64,000 bases of DNA from a virus: positions 25,221-89,220 of IMG/VR virus record IMGVR_UViG_3300015371_000008; one strand, written 5' to 3'. The stretch's first letter is position 1. The number at the start of each line of letters is the position of its first letter. The notes under the pieces are model-generated. The model had not been told where the DNA came from, searched no databases, and saw nothing but the letters and a program-made list of their open reading frames with translations. A program made the position numbers and the translations under genes. Below, in pieces: positions 52,569 through 61,594 of the stretch.

Positions 52569-53414
52569 TCACTTGTTCAGCGGCAGGCCCAGGCGAATAG
52601 CGTGCTTGGTGGCTTCCCGCTCGTCCCGCTTCGCCTTCGCGGCGACCTTCGGGGCCAGCCGGTCGCGGGCCTCCTCGACCGTCTCGCCGTGCTTGTGGGC
52701 GATGGCGATCAGCAGGTGTTCGACTTCGGCCTTCTTCTCCTCGTGCCGGGCGGCGCCGAGGCGGTAGGCGTTCCAGGCTGCGTCGGCGTGCGTCCCGACG
52801 TAGATGCGTTGCGCCTCCGACTCGGTCTCGATGTTCCAGCCGTCATGCCGGATCGTCGTTCCGTCGGGGTTGGCGATGGCCTTGACCGCCTTCTTGGCGG
52901 CGGCCTCCGCGCGCTTGGCCTCCCGCTCCGCCTTGGCCTTGGCCTTGTCGTCCTCTTCGTCCAGGACGATCGTGGACGGGCGGGGCTCGACCGGCGCGGA
53001 CGGGTAGCAGTGGGTGCAGGCCCGGTCTCCGGCGGCGGCCACGATCTCCTCTTCGGTGGCGCCGGACAGGTCGCGCTTGCGGATGTCGCGGGGGGCCAGG
53101 ATGAGGGTCGTGTCGGCGTAGAGGCTGTGGCAGCGCCTGGAGCTGTGGACGTGGCCGCCGGGGACGACCCACGCGCGGGTCCAGCCGCCGCGTCGGTGGA
53201 ATTCGCCCTTAAGTTCCCTGTACTCCCGAGCCAACTTGCCGTCCTTCTCTCGCAGCGCCTGAAGCGTCCCCGCCTCGGCGGCGCGGCGCACCCCTTCACT
53301 GCGGCCAACGATGCGGTCCTGCTGGATGATCTGGTGATGCAGCATGGTGAGCTGAAATTCAACCTCGACGAGGCGGGTGTCGATTTCGGCGGGGGTGGCG
53401 GTGGCGAGGTTCAT
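52569..53414 (-). CDS. Hypothetical phage protein (Cys/His motif)
   Basis: GWTRAWVV.GGHVHSSRRC..ACTHCYPSAP. Confidence 0.7.
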   Translation of the reverse strand: MNLATATPAEIDTRLVEVEFQLTMLHHQIIQQDRIVGRSEGVRRAAEAGTLQALREKDGKLAREYRELKGEFHRRGGWTRAWVVPGGHVHSSRRCHSLYADTTLILAPRDIRKRDLSGATEEEIVAAAGDRACTHCYPSAPVEPRPSTIVLDEEDDKAKAKAEREAKRAEAAAKKAVKAIANPDGTTIRHDGWNIETESEAQRIYVGTHADAAWNAYRLGAARHEEKKAEVEHLLIAIAHKHGETVEEARDRLAPKVAAKAKRDEREATKHAIRLGLPLNK

Positions 53415-53424
53415 CGTTTCTCCT

Positions 53425-53479
53425 GGTGTCGGTCGCTCCTAACACAACCAAAGGTACAGTCATTTAGTGCGATCGTCAA
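53425..53479 (-). promoter_or_regulatory. CTAAATG-box promoter plus leader hairpin
   Basis: TTGACG-17-TACCTT; GGAGCGAC. Confidence 0.8.
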
Positions 53480-54107
53480 GGTGGGCGATGCGGGATATCG
53501 CCCGCAGCCGCTGCGCCAACGTCGGATGCTCCCCCCACAACCAGCCGACCAGCCGATACCACCGACTCAACGGCTCGTACGCCATCAGCGACCCCGCCGC
53601 CAACTCCGCGCCAGGCAAACCCAGACCGTTCAACAGCCGCACCGATTCGGCATCAGCGTCGAACTCGCCCCGCCGGAAACCCCACTTCAACGACAGTCGC
53701 GTAGCGACCCCGAACGCCAGGGCCAGGCCGCCGAGAAAGACGGCGACAACCCCATACGTCAACGCCGCTCCGAATGCCAGGGCGGCGTACGCCGCCATCG
53801 CAGGCAGTGTCCACTTGACGACCGCGAACCGGAACCCCTCACTGGGGGTGGGCCGCCGCAGATGCCGGAGTCGGTGGTGGGCCACTTCGTGCGCCAGGAC
53901 GCCGTAGAGCCGGTCGCGGTCGCCGGTGACCAGGGCGGCGCCCAGGACGATGCGGGGCCGTTCGCCCTTGTCGTCCGCTTCCGCCTGCGCGGTGTCGTCT
54001 AGGTAGTCGTCCACGTGCAGGGTCATGGGTGCCTGCTCCTGCAAGGCGACGACGATGGGGTCAAAATCCCAGCGGGACAGCAGCCGTTCGGGGGCACGGT
54101 TCAGCAT
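53460..54107 (-). CDS. M48/HtpX-like zinc metalloprotease
   Basis: GVLAHEVAH, two TM helices, EFDAD, HPTLAQRL. Confidence 0.85.
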   Translation of the reverse strand: MLNRAPERLLSRWDFDPIVVALQEQAPMTLHVDDYLDDTAQAEADDKGERPRIVLGAALVTGDRDRLYGVLAHEVAHHRLRHLRRPTPSEGFRFAVVKWTLPAMAAYAALAFGAALTYGVVAVFLGGLALAFGVATRLSLKWGFRRGEFDADAESVRLLNGLGLPGAELAAGSLMAYEPLSRWYRLVGWLWGEHPTLAQRLRAISRIAHLDDRTK

Positions 54108-54184
54108 GACGGTCTCCTCTGTGGCCGGTCGCTCAACGGCCAGGGTCGAGATGAAGAAGGCCGGGGGTGGACTGGCCGCCCCCG

Positions 54185-54222
54185 GCCGGTTGGGGATGAT
54201 GTAGCCGGTTGGGGATGATGTA
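54185..54222. repeat. 19-bp tandem direct repeat
   Basis: GCCGGTTGGGGATGATGTA x2. Confidence 0.9.
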
Positions 54223-54546
54223 TCAGCCCAGCCAAACCTTGCCGTCCATCAGGACGGCTTCACGGCCGGTGTCCTTGACGAAACCGGCGGCCTCGTCCTC
54301 GGTGACGTAGGCCCACCCGTTCTTCCACTGGTGCTCCAGGGTGTAGTTGGAGTGGCCGCGCTCGCAGAAGGAGTTGCCCTCCGTGTCGTACCAGGCGTGG
54401 GCGCGGCATTCGACGATGACCTTCTGGCCGTCTTCGTCGTAGGTGTGGGTGTCCATGAGGTCGGGGCAGTTGCCCACGGCCTGCTGGTAGCACTTGCGAA
54501 CGAGGTCGATCTTCTCGGTCTGGGTGCCGCAGTTGCCGCAGATCAT
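54223..54546 (-). CDS. Cys-rich hypothetical protein
   Basis: First gene after a promoter cassette. Confidence 0.65.
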   Translation of the reverse strand: MICGNCGTQTEKIDLVRKCYQQAVGNCPDLMDTHTYDEDGQKVIVECRAHAWYDTEGNSFCERGHSNYTLEHQWKNGWAYVTEDEAAGFVKDTGREAVLMDGKVWLG

Positions 54547-54562
54547 CGTTTGCTCCCTGGTC

Positions 54563-54613
54563 GTTGGTCGCTCTCAACACAACCAACAGTACACCCATTT
54601 AGCGTCACGTCAA
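54563..54613 (-). promoter_or_regulatory. CTAAATG-box promoter plus leader
   Basis: TTGACG-16-TACTGT; GTTG-AGAGCGAC-CAAC. Confidence 0.8.
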
Positions 54614-54634
54614 GGACGATGGGACCGCCCGCGT

Positions 54635-54739
54635 TCAGTTGGCGTTGTAGTAGGAGCCGGTGTAGGCGTGGGCGGAATAGCCCTGCTCGACCTTCTCCAG
54701 GTGGGCTTCCTGCGTAGCCGCTCCACACTTGCATTCCAT
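54635..54739 (-). CDS. Microprotein (34 aa)
   Basis: MECKCGAATQEAH..; GAAAGG RBS after a hairpin and GAGCAAC. Confidence 0.45.
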   Translation of the reverse strand: MECKCGAATQEAHLEKVEQGYSAHAYTGSYYNAN

Positions 54740-54810
54740 GATCTCGACCTTTCGATTGATTGGGTTGCTCTGAAGCCCGACCCCAGTGCGGGGCCGGGCC
54801 GGGTTGGGGG

Positions 54811-55185
54811 CTACGCCCACGCCACCGACATACTGCGGCCCTGGGCCCAGGTGGCGATGTCCTGGAGGACGTCCAGCCGGGCGGCCAGGTAGCCGGGCTC
54901 GACGCCGCACTCGATCCACACCATGCCGCCGCTGCCGGTGTCCTCCACCGTGGGGCGGCCGTGGGCGTCGTCGGTAGCGACGTCCAGCATGCCCTGGGCG
55001 ATGAGGATGCGGCCCAGGAAGTCCTGGGCGTCCACCACGCCCCCGTAGTAGTCGTCCTCGTGCGTGAAGCCGAGCAGGGCCAGGAGGCGGGCGGCGTTGG
55101 CGTTGGCCATGTTCAGCTCGGGGCTGTCGTCGGCGGTGGCGTAGTAGGTGCCGTGGTTGGCGGCGGCGCTGAAGGTGATCGACAT
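54811..55185 (-). CDS. Hypothetical phage protein
   Basis: ELNMANANAARLLALLG motif; after a promoter cassette. Confidence 0.7.
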   Translation of the reverse strand: MSITFSAAANHGTYYATADDSPELNMANANAARLLALLGFTHEDDYYGGVVDAQDFLGRILIAQGMLDVATDDAHGRPTVEDTGSGGMVWIECGVEPGYLAARLDVLQDIATWAQGRSMSVAWA

Positions 55186-55195
55186 CGGGGCTCCT

Positions 55196-55258
55196 GGGGG
55201 TGTCGGTCGCTCTTTCCGAACACCCGCCAATGTACAACCATTTAGCGCGTGACGTCAA
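55196..55258 (-). promoter_or_regulatory. Leftward CTAAATG-box promoter of the divergent pair
   Basis: TTGACG-18-TACATT; leader hairpin with AAAGAGCGA loop. Confidence 0.8.
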
Positions 55259-55294
55259 CGCGGAATCTGGAAGGAAATCGGCCGAGCCATCCGC

Positions 55295-55340
55295 TTGCCA
55301 GGCGACGCTAAATGAACGTACATTGGCGGGTGGAGCGACA
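55295..55340 (+). promoter_or_regulatory. Rightward CTAAATG-box promoter of the divergent pair
   Basis: TTGCCA-18-TACATT; GGAGCGAC then AGGAG. Confidence 0.8.
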
Positions 55341-55356
55341 ACGACAGGAGAACACC

Positions 55357-55659
55357 GTGGACCGCAGGCGCTACAACCACAGCGACCGACCCACCCCACA
55401 GGAACTCGCCGCCCACCGGCGGGCCGCCAAAGTCCAGGCGGAAGCGGCCCGGCACGGCCACGACGACGCCGCCGCTCAGCGGGCCCGGAGCATCCAGAAC
55501 GCCCGCGAGCTGCGTGACCAGATGGCCCAGACGTTCGCCACGCACCTGGGAACACTGGAGGAGATCTTTGAGAAAGAGGTCGCGAAGATCCGCGCCCAGG
55601 GGCCGGTCGGCTGCACCTGCACCTGGCCCGAATGCGTTACGAGCCGCGCGAACCTCTGA
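55357..55659 (+). CDS. Hypothetical protein
   Basis: GTG with AGGAG RBS after the rightward promoter cassette. Confidence 0.6.
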   Translation: MDRRRYNHSDRPTPQELAAHRRAAKVQAEAARHGHDDAAAQRARSIQNARELRDQMAQTFATHLGTLEEIFEKEVAKIRAQGPVGCTCTWPECVTSRANL

Positions 55660-55711
55660 CAACCCGCCGGGCCGGTGGACCCGGCCCGGCCCAACCCACA
55701 AGGAGAAGATC

Positions 55712-55873
55712 ATGGGTTACCTATTCACACTCGCCGGGTCCATCCTGACGCTCGTCGGCGTCACCGTCTGGACGATTACCGGCGAGCCCACCTCCACCGT
55801 GTTCGCGGGCGGGATCGTCTGCCTGCTCGGACTGGCCATGAGGATCAGGGAGAACAGGGGGAACGGACGATGA
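55712..55873 (+). CDS. Small membrane protein
   Basis: AAGGAG RBS; two TM helices. Confidence 0.6.
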   Translation: MGYLFTLAGSILTLVGVTVWTITGEPTSTVFAGGIVCLLGLAMRIRENRGNGR

Positions 55874-56448
55874 AGCGCATCCCGAACTGGAAGACATGGC
55901 CGGATCAGATATTCGCCTGCCCCGCCGGTGCCGTCGTCGGCGGCACGGCCGCCGCCGTCTTCGGTGACGTCATCGCCGAGGGGAACCTGCTGGTACGCAT
56001 CCTGGTGATCTGGGGGATCATCGGCGTCGCGATGATCCCCGGCGTGTTCATCTCCGCCCTGCTGCACCACCTGCGCCGACCGCTGCACCGGCGGCGACTA
56101 CGCGACCTGCCCCTGGTTCGGCGGGCGCATGAGCGGCTGCGACGACTGGGGGACGCTGTGGCCCGCAACGACAGGCCCGCGACTCCTGACACACCGCCGC
56201 AGCGGACAGGAGAGGCATCCGGCGAGATCTACTCGCGGGCGGAGGGCGAGATGCTTGCCCTGATGTTCGTTTGGTGCGGCCTGGTGTTGTCGGTGGCGCT
56301 GGGGGAGTTCGCCTGGTTGCTGGTGACCAAGACGTTGCAGGGGGCGGTCTTGGCGGGCGCTGGGGCGTCGCTGGGGGCGGTGGGCCTGGTCGTAGCGGGT
56401 GTTGCCGGTTCGGTCGTGTGGGTGATGAAGCGGACCCGCCGCCGCTGA
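55870..56448 (+). CDS. Membrane protein
   Basis: ATGA coupling; about four TM helices. Confidence 0.6.
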   Translation: MKRIPNWKTWPDQIFACPAGAVVGGTAAAVFGDVIAEGNLLVRILVIWGIIGVAMIPGVFISALLHHLRRPLHRRRLRDLPLVRRAHERLRRLGDAVARNDRPATPDTPPQRTGEASGEIYSRAEGEMLALMFVWCGLVLSVALGEFAWLLVTKTLQGAVLAGAGASLGAVGLVVAGVAGSVVWVMKRTRRR

Positions 56449-56469
56449 GGATTTTTCTGGGGAACCCCC

Positions 56470-56524
56470 TTGACCACGCGCTAAATGGATGTATATTCAG
56501 AGGTGTTGAGAGCGACACAACACC
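56470..56524 (+). promoter_or_regulatory. Rightward CTAAATG-box promoter plus leader hairpin
   Basis: TTGACC-16-TATATT; GGTGTTG-AGAGCGACA-CAACACC. Confidence 0.8.
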
Positions 56525-56537
56525 ACAGGAGCAGATC

Positions 56538-57089
56538 ATGACCAGCACCACCGCCACCGCCCAGTCCGCCTGCACCAGCGTCATCAACGCCGCCGACTTC
56601 AGCAGCAACGTCAACGACAAGCAGCGCGACACCTGGACCGTCGGCACGCTCTACCACGTGGTCAAGGCCCTGGCCGGGCGCAAGGTCGCCATCACCACCG
56701 ACAAGCAGACCGGCCACACCGTCTTCAACGTCACCCTGGACCGCGCCTACATCGGCCGGTGCCAGTTCCTGACCGTCAGCTACGACTACGGCAGCGGCGT
56801 CACCGTCACCGACCACTACGCGTGGCAGGTCGGCATGATCATGGTGATGCCGACCGACGAGCGGGAGAGCGTCAAGTGGGACGCCCTGGAGTCCTACCGC
56901 AAGCACTGCTCCGCCGCGATCGACATCGCCAAGGCGGAGCACGGCGAGACCCGGCAGTGGGGAAGCTGGAAGGCCACTGTCATCGACGGCCACACCGTGG
57001 ACGTCACCTACACCCCGTCCACCGGCAACGCCTACTTCGCCGACAAGTGGGGCGAGCGCGGCTACTGGAGGATCAGCGTCCAGGGCTGA
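56538..57089 (+). CDS. Hypothetical protein
   Basis: AGGAG RBS after a promoter cassette. Confidence 0.7.
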   Translation: MTSTTATAQSACTSVINAADFSSNVNDKQRDTWTVGTLYHVVKALAGRKVAITTDKQTGHTVFNVTLDRAYIGRCQFLTVSYDYGSGVTVTDHYAWQVGMIMVMPTDERESVKWDALESYRKHCSAAIDIAKAEHGETRQWGSWKATVIDGHTVDVTYTPSTGNAYFADKWGERGYWRISVQG

Positions 57090-57099
57090 CACCCGGGAC

Positions 57100-57138
57100 A
57101 TGACGAAGCCCCTGCCGAACCGGCGGGGGCTTCGTCAT
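57100..57138. terminator. Hairpin between convergent genes
   Basis: ATGACGAAGCCCCTGCCG-AAC-CGGCGGGGGCTTCGTCAT. Confidence 0.65.
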
Positions 57139-57908
57139 GTGCGGGCGTAGGTTATGAATCGCGCCCCTGCCGCACTGTAGACGGAGTGGATCACCATGGC
57201 CTGGTCGGTGTCGTAGTCCAGGCGGCGGACGACCTCCACCACGCCGGTCGCTTCCGGCAGTTCCAGCCGTGCCTTCTCTCCTGGCGCCGGGTTGCGGAAG
57301 GTGAAGCTGTCGGCCGACCCGGTCATCCGACCGGTGGTTTCCATGAGGGCGTAGACGTCAAGTTCGTCGCTGGACGACATGAACGGGGTGTCCTTGACCA
57401 GGTCGTAGGGCGCATAGATGTCGGTCAGGTCTACCGGTTCGCCGTCGAGGCAGCGGACGGCGCTGCGGCAGGCCACCAGGGCGTCGTCGGCGACGTCGAG
57501 GAGGACGCCCAGGGTGGTCGCGCCGAGTGGGATGCCTGCTTGGTCGATGCGGACGGCGATGAGCTGCCGGGCCCGTTCGGCGCCTTCGGTGTCCGTCAGG
57601 GTCTGCCATGGGTCGGCGTAGGTGCCGTCGTCGGTGTTGATCAGTTGCCAGGTTCGGGCGGTCACTTCGCGGACGAAGTAGCCGCTCAGTCCGCGTTTCT
57701 CCACCACCAACGCGTTGATCAACACCTGTAGGGCGGCGCGGACGGTGGTCCGGGTCGTGGAGTATTCCGCGCTCAGCTCCGCCTCGGTGGGCAGGCGCCC
57801 GCCGGGGGGGATGTCCCGGTTGATGCGCTCGCGTAGGTCATCGGCGATGACCATGAAGACGGGCGCCTTCTTCTTCTTGTTGGTATCCACAGGCATTCCT
57901 CCGAGCAT
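57135..57908 (-). CDS. GntR/HutC-family repressor with UTRA domain (KorSA/TraR-like)
   Basis: IADDLRERI..PGGRLPTEAELSAEY..RTTVRAAL wHTH plus UTRA; divergent from tra genes. Confidence 0.9.
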   Translation of the reverse strand: MLGGMPVDTNKKKKAPVFMVIADDLRERINRDIPPGGRLPTEAELSAEYSTTRTTVRAALQVLINALVVEKRGLSGYFVREVTARTWQLINTDDGTYADPWQTLTDTEGAERARQLIAVRIDQAGIPLGATTLGVLLDVADDALVACRSAVRCLDGEPVDLTDIYAPYDLVKDTPFMSSSDELDVYALMETTGRMTGSADSFTFRNPAPGEKARLELPEATGVVEVVRRLDYDTDQAMVIHSVYSAAGARFITYART

Positions 57909-57910
57909 AG

Positions 57911-57974
57911 GTATAGACAGACTCTCAGACCTCTTGACATCAGCGCAATAGTCTGCTCCACTTTCTGTCTATAC
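57911..57974. promoter_or_regulatory. Two HutC-type operator boxes in the divergent intergenic region
   Basis: GTATAGACAG (57911) and its inverted copy CTGTCTATAC (57965), both matching GTNTANAC; TTGACA at 57934. Confidence 0.6.
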
Positions 57975-58029
57975 AAAGAGAACCATGAAGACCATCAGTA
58001 CACGCCACACCATCCAAATCGGAGGCCAC

Positions 58030-58368
58030 ATGAAGTACGTGCCGCCCATCGCGGGCGCTCTGTTCTGCGTAGGCGCCCTGTACCTGATGGGCGTCCCGCT
58101 CTTCGGCCTCCTGCTCGCCCTGGCCGCCGGAGCCGCCCAGAACATCCCCGGCGAGTGGGGCGTCAGCCCCGACGAGCTGGTCTACGGGCTGCTGCTCTGC
58201 GTGCCGCCGCTCGTCACCCTGATCACCACCATGCGCATCCTCGGCAACATCACGCTGAACAGTCTGGCCGGAGGGCTGGCCGTTCCCGTGTTCGCCGGAA
58301 TGCACGCCGTGTCGGCGCTCCACGCGGGCGCCGTCCACATCTCCGGCCCCGACGACCCCGAGGAGTAA
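58030..58368 (+). CDS. Membrane protein (spread-protein-like)
   Basis: GGAGG RBS; TM helices; first gene of the tra operon. Confidence 0.6.
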   Translation: MKYVPPIAGALFCVGALYLMGVPLFGLLLALAAGAAQNIPGEWGVSPDELVYGLLLCVPPLVTLITTMRILGNITLNSLAGGLAVPVFAGMHAVSALHAGAVHISGPDDPEE

Positions 58369-58371
58369 CCC

Positions 58372-58791
58372 ATGGCCGAACCCCAGCAGCGGCACTACGC
58401 GGAGATGCCGTTGAAGAGCAGCGAAGACTTCCGCGCCATCTGCGACAAGATCCGCCGGAGCTGCAACGCGCACGCCGACGCGATCCACTTCACCAGCCGC
58501 GTCGTGGCGGCCAAGTTGAAGAAGTTCGAGAAGAAGATGGCCGACCAGCGGCGTGCCGAGCTGAAGGCTCAGGGCGCTAAGAAGGCGGAGATCTGGAAGG
58601 TTCACGCCAACTACGCCCGCGCACGGTTCGTCGCGGGCGGCCTGAAGCGGGTGGCGCGTCTTCAGCGGACCGCCGCCAAGCTGACCGACCGGGCCTGGCG
58701 CCGCTTCTTGCGCAAGTACGGCGACGAAATCCTCGGCAACGGCGCCAAGGTGCTCGACCACCAGCCGCGCCCGACGCGGCGCTCGGCCTGA
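58372..58791 (+). CDS. traA: Plasmid transfer protein TraA-like
   Basis: SSEDFRAICD..RARFVAGGLKRVA..RFLRKY pattern; directly upstream of traB. Confidence 0.6.
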   Translation: MAEPQQRHYAEMPLKSSEDFRAICDKIRRSCNAHADAIHFTSRVVAAKLKKFEKKMADQRRAELKAQGAKKAEIWKVHANYARARFVAGGLKRVARLQRTAAKLTDRAWRRFLRKYGDEILGNGAKVLDHQPRPTRRSA

Positions 58792-58828
58792 CCCCCAGAT
58801 CACTCACTCAATCAGAAAGGAGGTCCAC

Positions 58829-61594
58829 ATGACGATCAAGCACGCGGTAGCGACGGCGGTGACCGCCGACGGTGAGCACGTGAAGGCCCCCAAATGGCTG
58901 CGTCACGTGGCGCCCTGGTTCCTCGGGCTCGTCGTCATGCCGCTCGTGATCTGGTGGTTCAGGTCCATGTGGGTGGGCGACCTCGCTCTGTACGTGGCCG
59001 CGTTCATGCTGCTCGTGGTGGGCGCCGGACTGACGGGGGTGTCCTACCACCGCAGTCACGCACGCAGTTCGTGGCAGGCGAAGTGGGCCGGGCCCGCCTA
59101 CACGGCCGTACCCATGGGTTTCCTGACGCTCGCGACCCTCACCGGATTGGGCCCCATTCCAGACGGGATCATGTTCGTGGTGTGGCTGATCGGCACCCTC
59201 GGCAGTTGCCTGGCCTGGAACCTGTACTTTGCCAAGCGGTCGGAGGGGGAGGTCACCTACGACCTGCCGAAGACGAAGGTGGACAGGAAGGCGATCACGG
59301 CGGCGGCTCTGGCCACCGCCCTGCCACCGGGCAGCGGCCCGGCGGCTCTGCCCGACGTGGATGGTGAGGTCATCTCCGACACCACGGAGACGACTCCCAT
59401 GCACCCGGAAGTGGCCAAGGCGCTGGCGAAGGTCAACGCTGAGAAGGCGTTGATGGAGGCGCGGGCGGCGGCGGCGGCGGCGGACGCCAACGCCCGGCGC
59501 GTCGTCGGCGGGTGGCGGGAGCTGGTCGGCTTCGACCCGGCCAGTCAGCGGGCGACGGGTCCGCTGAGGTTCATGCACTCCAGCGCGTTGAAGGTCACCC
59601 GTAACGAGCCGTACTGCACGGAGCTGCGGTTGCGGCTGGGTGACGGCATCGAGCCGGAAGCGCTGGACAACGCACGCGGCAAGCTGGCCGCGAAGTTCCG
59701 GGTCGGCAAGCCTGACGTCCGGATCATCCCCAACAAGAAGGACCACGGTGACGTCCGGCTGCGGGTGGTCTGGTTCAACCCGCTGGAGGAGACCGTCCAC
59801 TGGCAGGGGCCGCGCCACCCCGGCATCTGGTGGGGCAGTGAGCCGATCGTCTTCGCCAAGCGTGAGGACAACACCGACGGCCGCCTGCTGCTGCCCAGCA
59901 ATAAGAAGCACGGTAAGCCCAACTCCAGCCACGTCCTGGTGGAAGGGGTCAACGGAGCGGGCAAGTCGGAATCGATGCTGGTGGTCGCCGGTGAGGGCTG
60001 CTCCCAGCAGGGTGTGTGCTTCTTCGGGATCGACGTCGGCAAGGTGTTGCAGACGTTCGGGCCGATCATGCCCGCGATCGACTGGATGGCCACGGACAAG
60101 GTCGCGGCCAAGATGATGATCAAGGCGATCATCGAGGCCGGTCTCCAGTCACGCGGCGCCCTGTTCGGCCGCCTGGGGGCTAAGGAGTGGTCTCCGGAGC
60201 TGGCCCAGAAGTACGGCATCCCCTACATCGTGATCTTCATCGAAGAGGGCGGCCTGATCTTCGAAACGCTCGGCCGCGACATCACCAAGGTCCTGATGCT
60301 GGCCCGCTCCCTGGGCGTCTGCATCTGGGGATCCATCCAGCGCGCCCAGCACGAAAACATGGACACCAACGCGCGGGCCCAGTTCACCGAGGTCATGACG
60401 TTCGGCATGACGTCCGACGACGACGTGTTCGGCATGCCGGAGTGGCTGATGGACATGGGCGCCTCCCCGGAACAGTGGGGAAGCAGCCTGCCCGGCATGC
60501 ACTACCACCACACCCCACTCCTGGCCCGCGACGACCAGTCCACGCCACAGCGGTCCATGCTGACCGACGCGACCATGCTGCGGCAGGTCACCGAGCGGTA
60601 CGGGCCGAACATGATGCAGCCGGAGCAGACGTTCGTGAACGCGATCAACGGCTTCCGGTACAAGACCAAGGGCGAAGACGAGATCACCGACCTGTACGAC
60701 CGCCGGGAGACCGGCATGGACGTGGAGCGGCGACTGAAGGCCGCCGGTGGCATCGCCCTGGACGACCGCGAAACGGTCGAGGCGATCACCGACGCCGCGC
60801 CGGAGCAGGCCGGAGCCGAGGTCCAGCAGGAGGAGGCGCGGGAGCGCGCCGCCGGGCTGGTGCCGCCGATGCGTGAACGGGAGTCGGTCACCCTAACACG
60901 GCGCAACCCGTACGACACCGCACCTGCGGCGCCGCAGCCCCGGCCGGAGGAGGACGACCCCGACCTGATCGGGCCGGAAGAGGAAGAAGAAGAGCGCGCC
61001 CGGCAAGCAGCCCTGGCCGCTGAAGACGACGACGAGGCGGAGATCGTCCACGTCGGAAAGGAGCTGGTCTACATGCCAGGAAGAAACGGACAGCCCGACC
61101 GGATCATTGACGGTGACGGCGAAGAGCTGGAACTGGACGACGACTTCGAGGACGACGGCGACGACGAGGACGACGACATCGAGATCGACGACGGCCTCGA
61201 AGGTGACGACGAGGAGGGGTTCGCCGACGACGACCACGCGGCCACGTCAGTTCCGCAGCACGCGTCCCAGATCTTGTGGTTCGACGATGACGACGATGAG
61301 GAGTTCCATGAGCCGCCGGTCAGCCGGGAGGAGGCGCGGCGCAACCTGCTGCGCATCCTGGCGGGTGACGGCCCCGGCCACGTGTTCCAGACCGGCGACT
61401 ACTACGACCACCCTGAGTTGCCGTATGTGGATCGGGCCAAGTCGTGGATCCGCCAGGAGATCATCAACTTCGCGGAGGCGGGCGTCTACGTCGAGCTGGT
61501 CAACGAGCCGGGGTCGGACGACGACGGCAAGTACCGCACCACGGAGATGATCCGGAAGGTGCCGCGCCCGGCCCCGCTGGCGGTCGTTTCGTAA
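58829..61594 (+). CDS. traB: FtsK/SpoIIIE-like conjugative DNA translocase TraB
   Basis: N-terminal TM helices, Walker A GVNGAGKS, Walker B IVIFIEE, ARSLGV..IQRA, acidic linker, C-terminal wHTH-like domain. Confidence 0.88.
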   Translation: MTIKHAVATAVTADGEHVKAPKWLRHVAPWFLGLVVMPLVIWWFRSMWVGDLALYVAAFMLLVVGAGLTGVSYHRSHARSSWQAKWAGPAYTAVPMGFLTLATLTGLGPIPDGIMFVVWLIGTLGSCLAWNLYFAKRSEGEVTYDLPKTKVDRKAITAAALATALPPGSGPAALPDVDGEVISDTTETTPMHPEVAKALAKVNAEKALMEARAAAAAADANARRVVGGWRELVGFDPASQRATGPLRFMHSSALKVTRNEPYCTELRLRLGDGIEPEALDNARGKLAAKFRVGKPDVRIIPNKKDHGDVRLRVVWFNPLEETVHWQGPRHPGIWWGSEPIVFAKREDNTDGRLLLPSNKKHGKPNSSHVLVEGVNGAGKSESMLVVAGEGCSQQGVCFFGIDVGKVLQTFGPIMPAIDWMATDKVAAKMMIKAIIEAGLQSRGALFGRLGAKEWSPELAQKYGIPYIVIFIEEGGLIFETLGRDITKVLMLARSLGVCIWGSIQRAQHENMDTNARAQFTEVMTFGMTSDDDVFGMPEWLMDMGASPEQWGSSLPGMHYHHTPLLARDDQSTPQRSMLTDATMLRQVTERYGPNMMQPEQTFVNAINGFRYKTKGEDEITDLYDRRETGMDVERRLKAAGGIALDDRETVEAITDAAPEQAGAEVQQEEARERAAGLVPPMRERESVTLTRRNPYDTAPAAPQPRPEEDDPDLIGPEEEEEERARQAALAAEDDDEAEIVHVGKELVYMPGRNGQPDRIIDGDGEELELDDDFEDDGDDEDDDIEIDDGLEGDDEEGFADDDHAATSVPQHASQILWFDDDDDEEFHEPPVSREEARRNLLRILAGDGPGHVFQTGDYYDHPELPYVDRAKSWIRQEIINFAEAGVYVELVNEPGSDDDGKYRTTEMIRKVPRPAPLAVVS

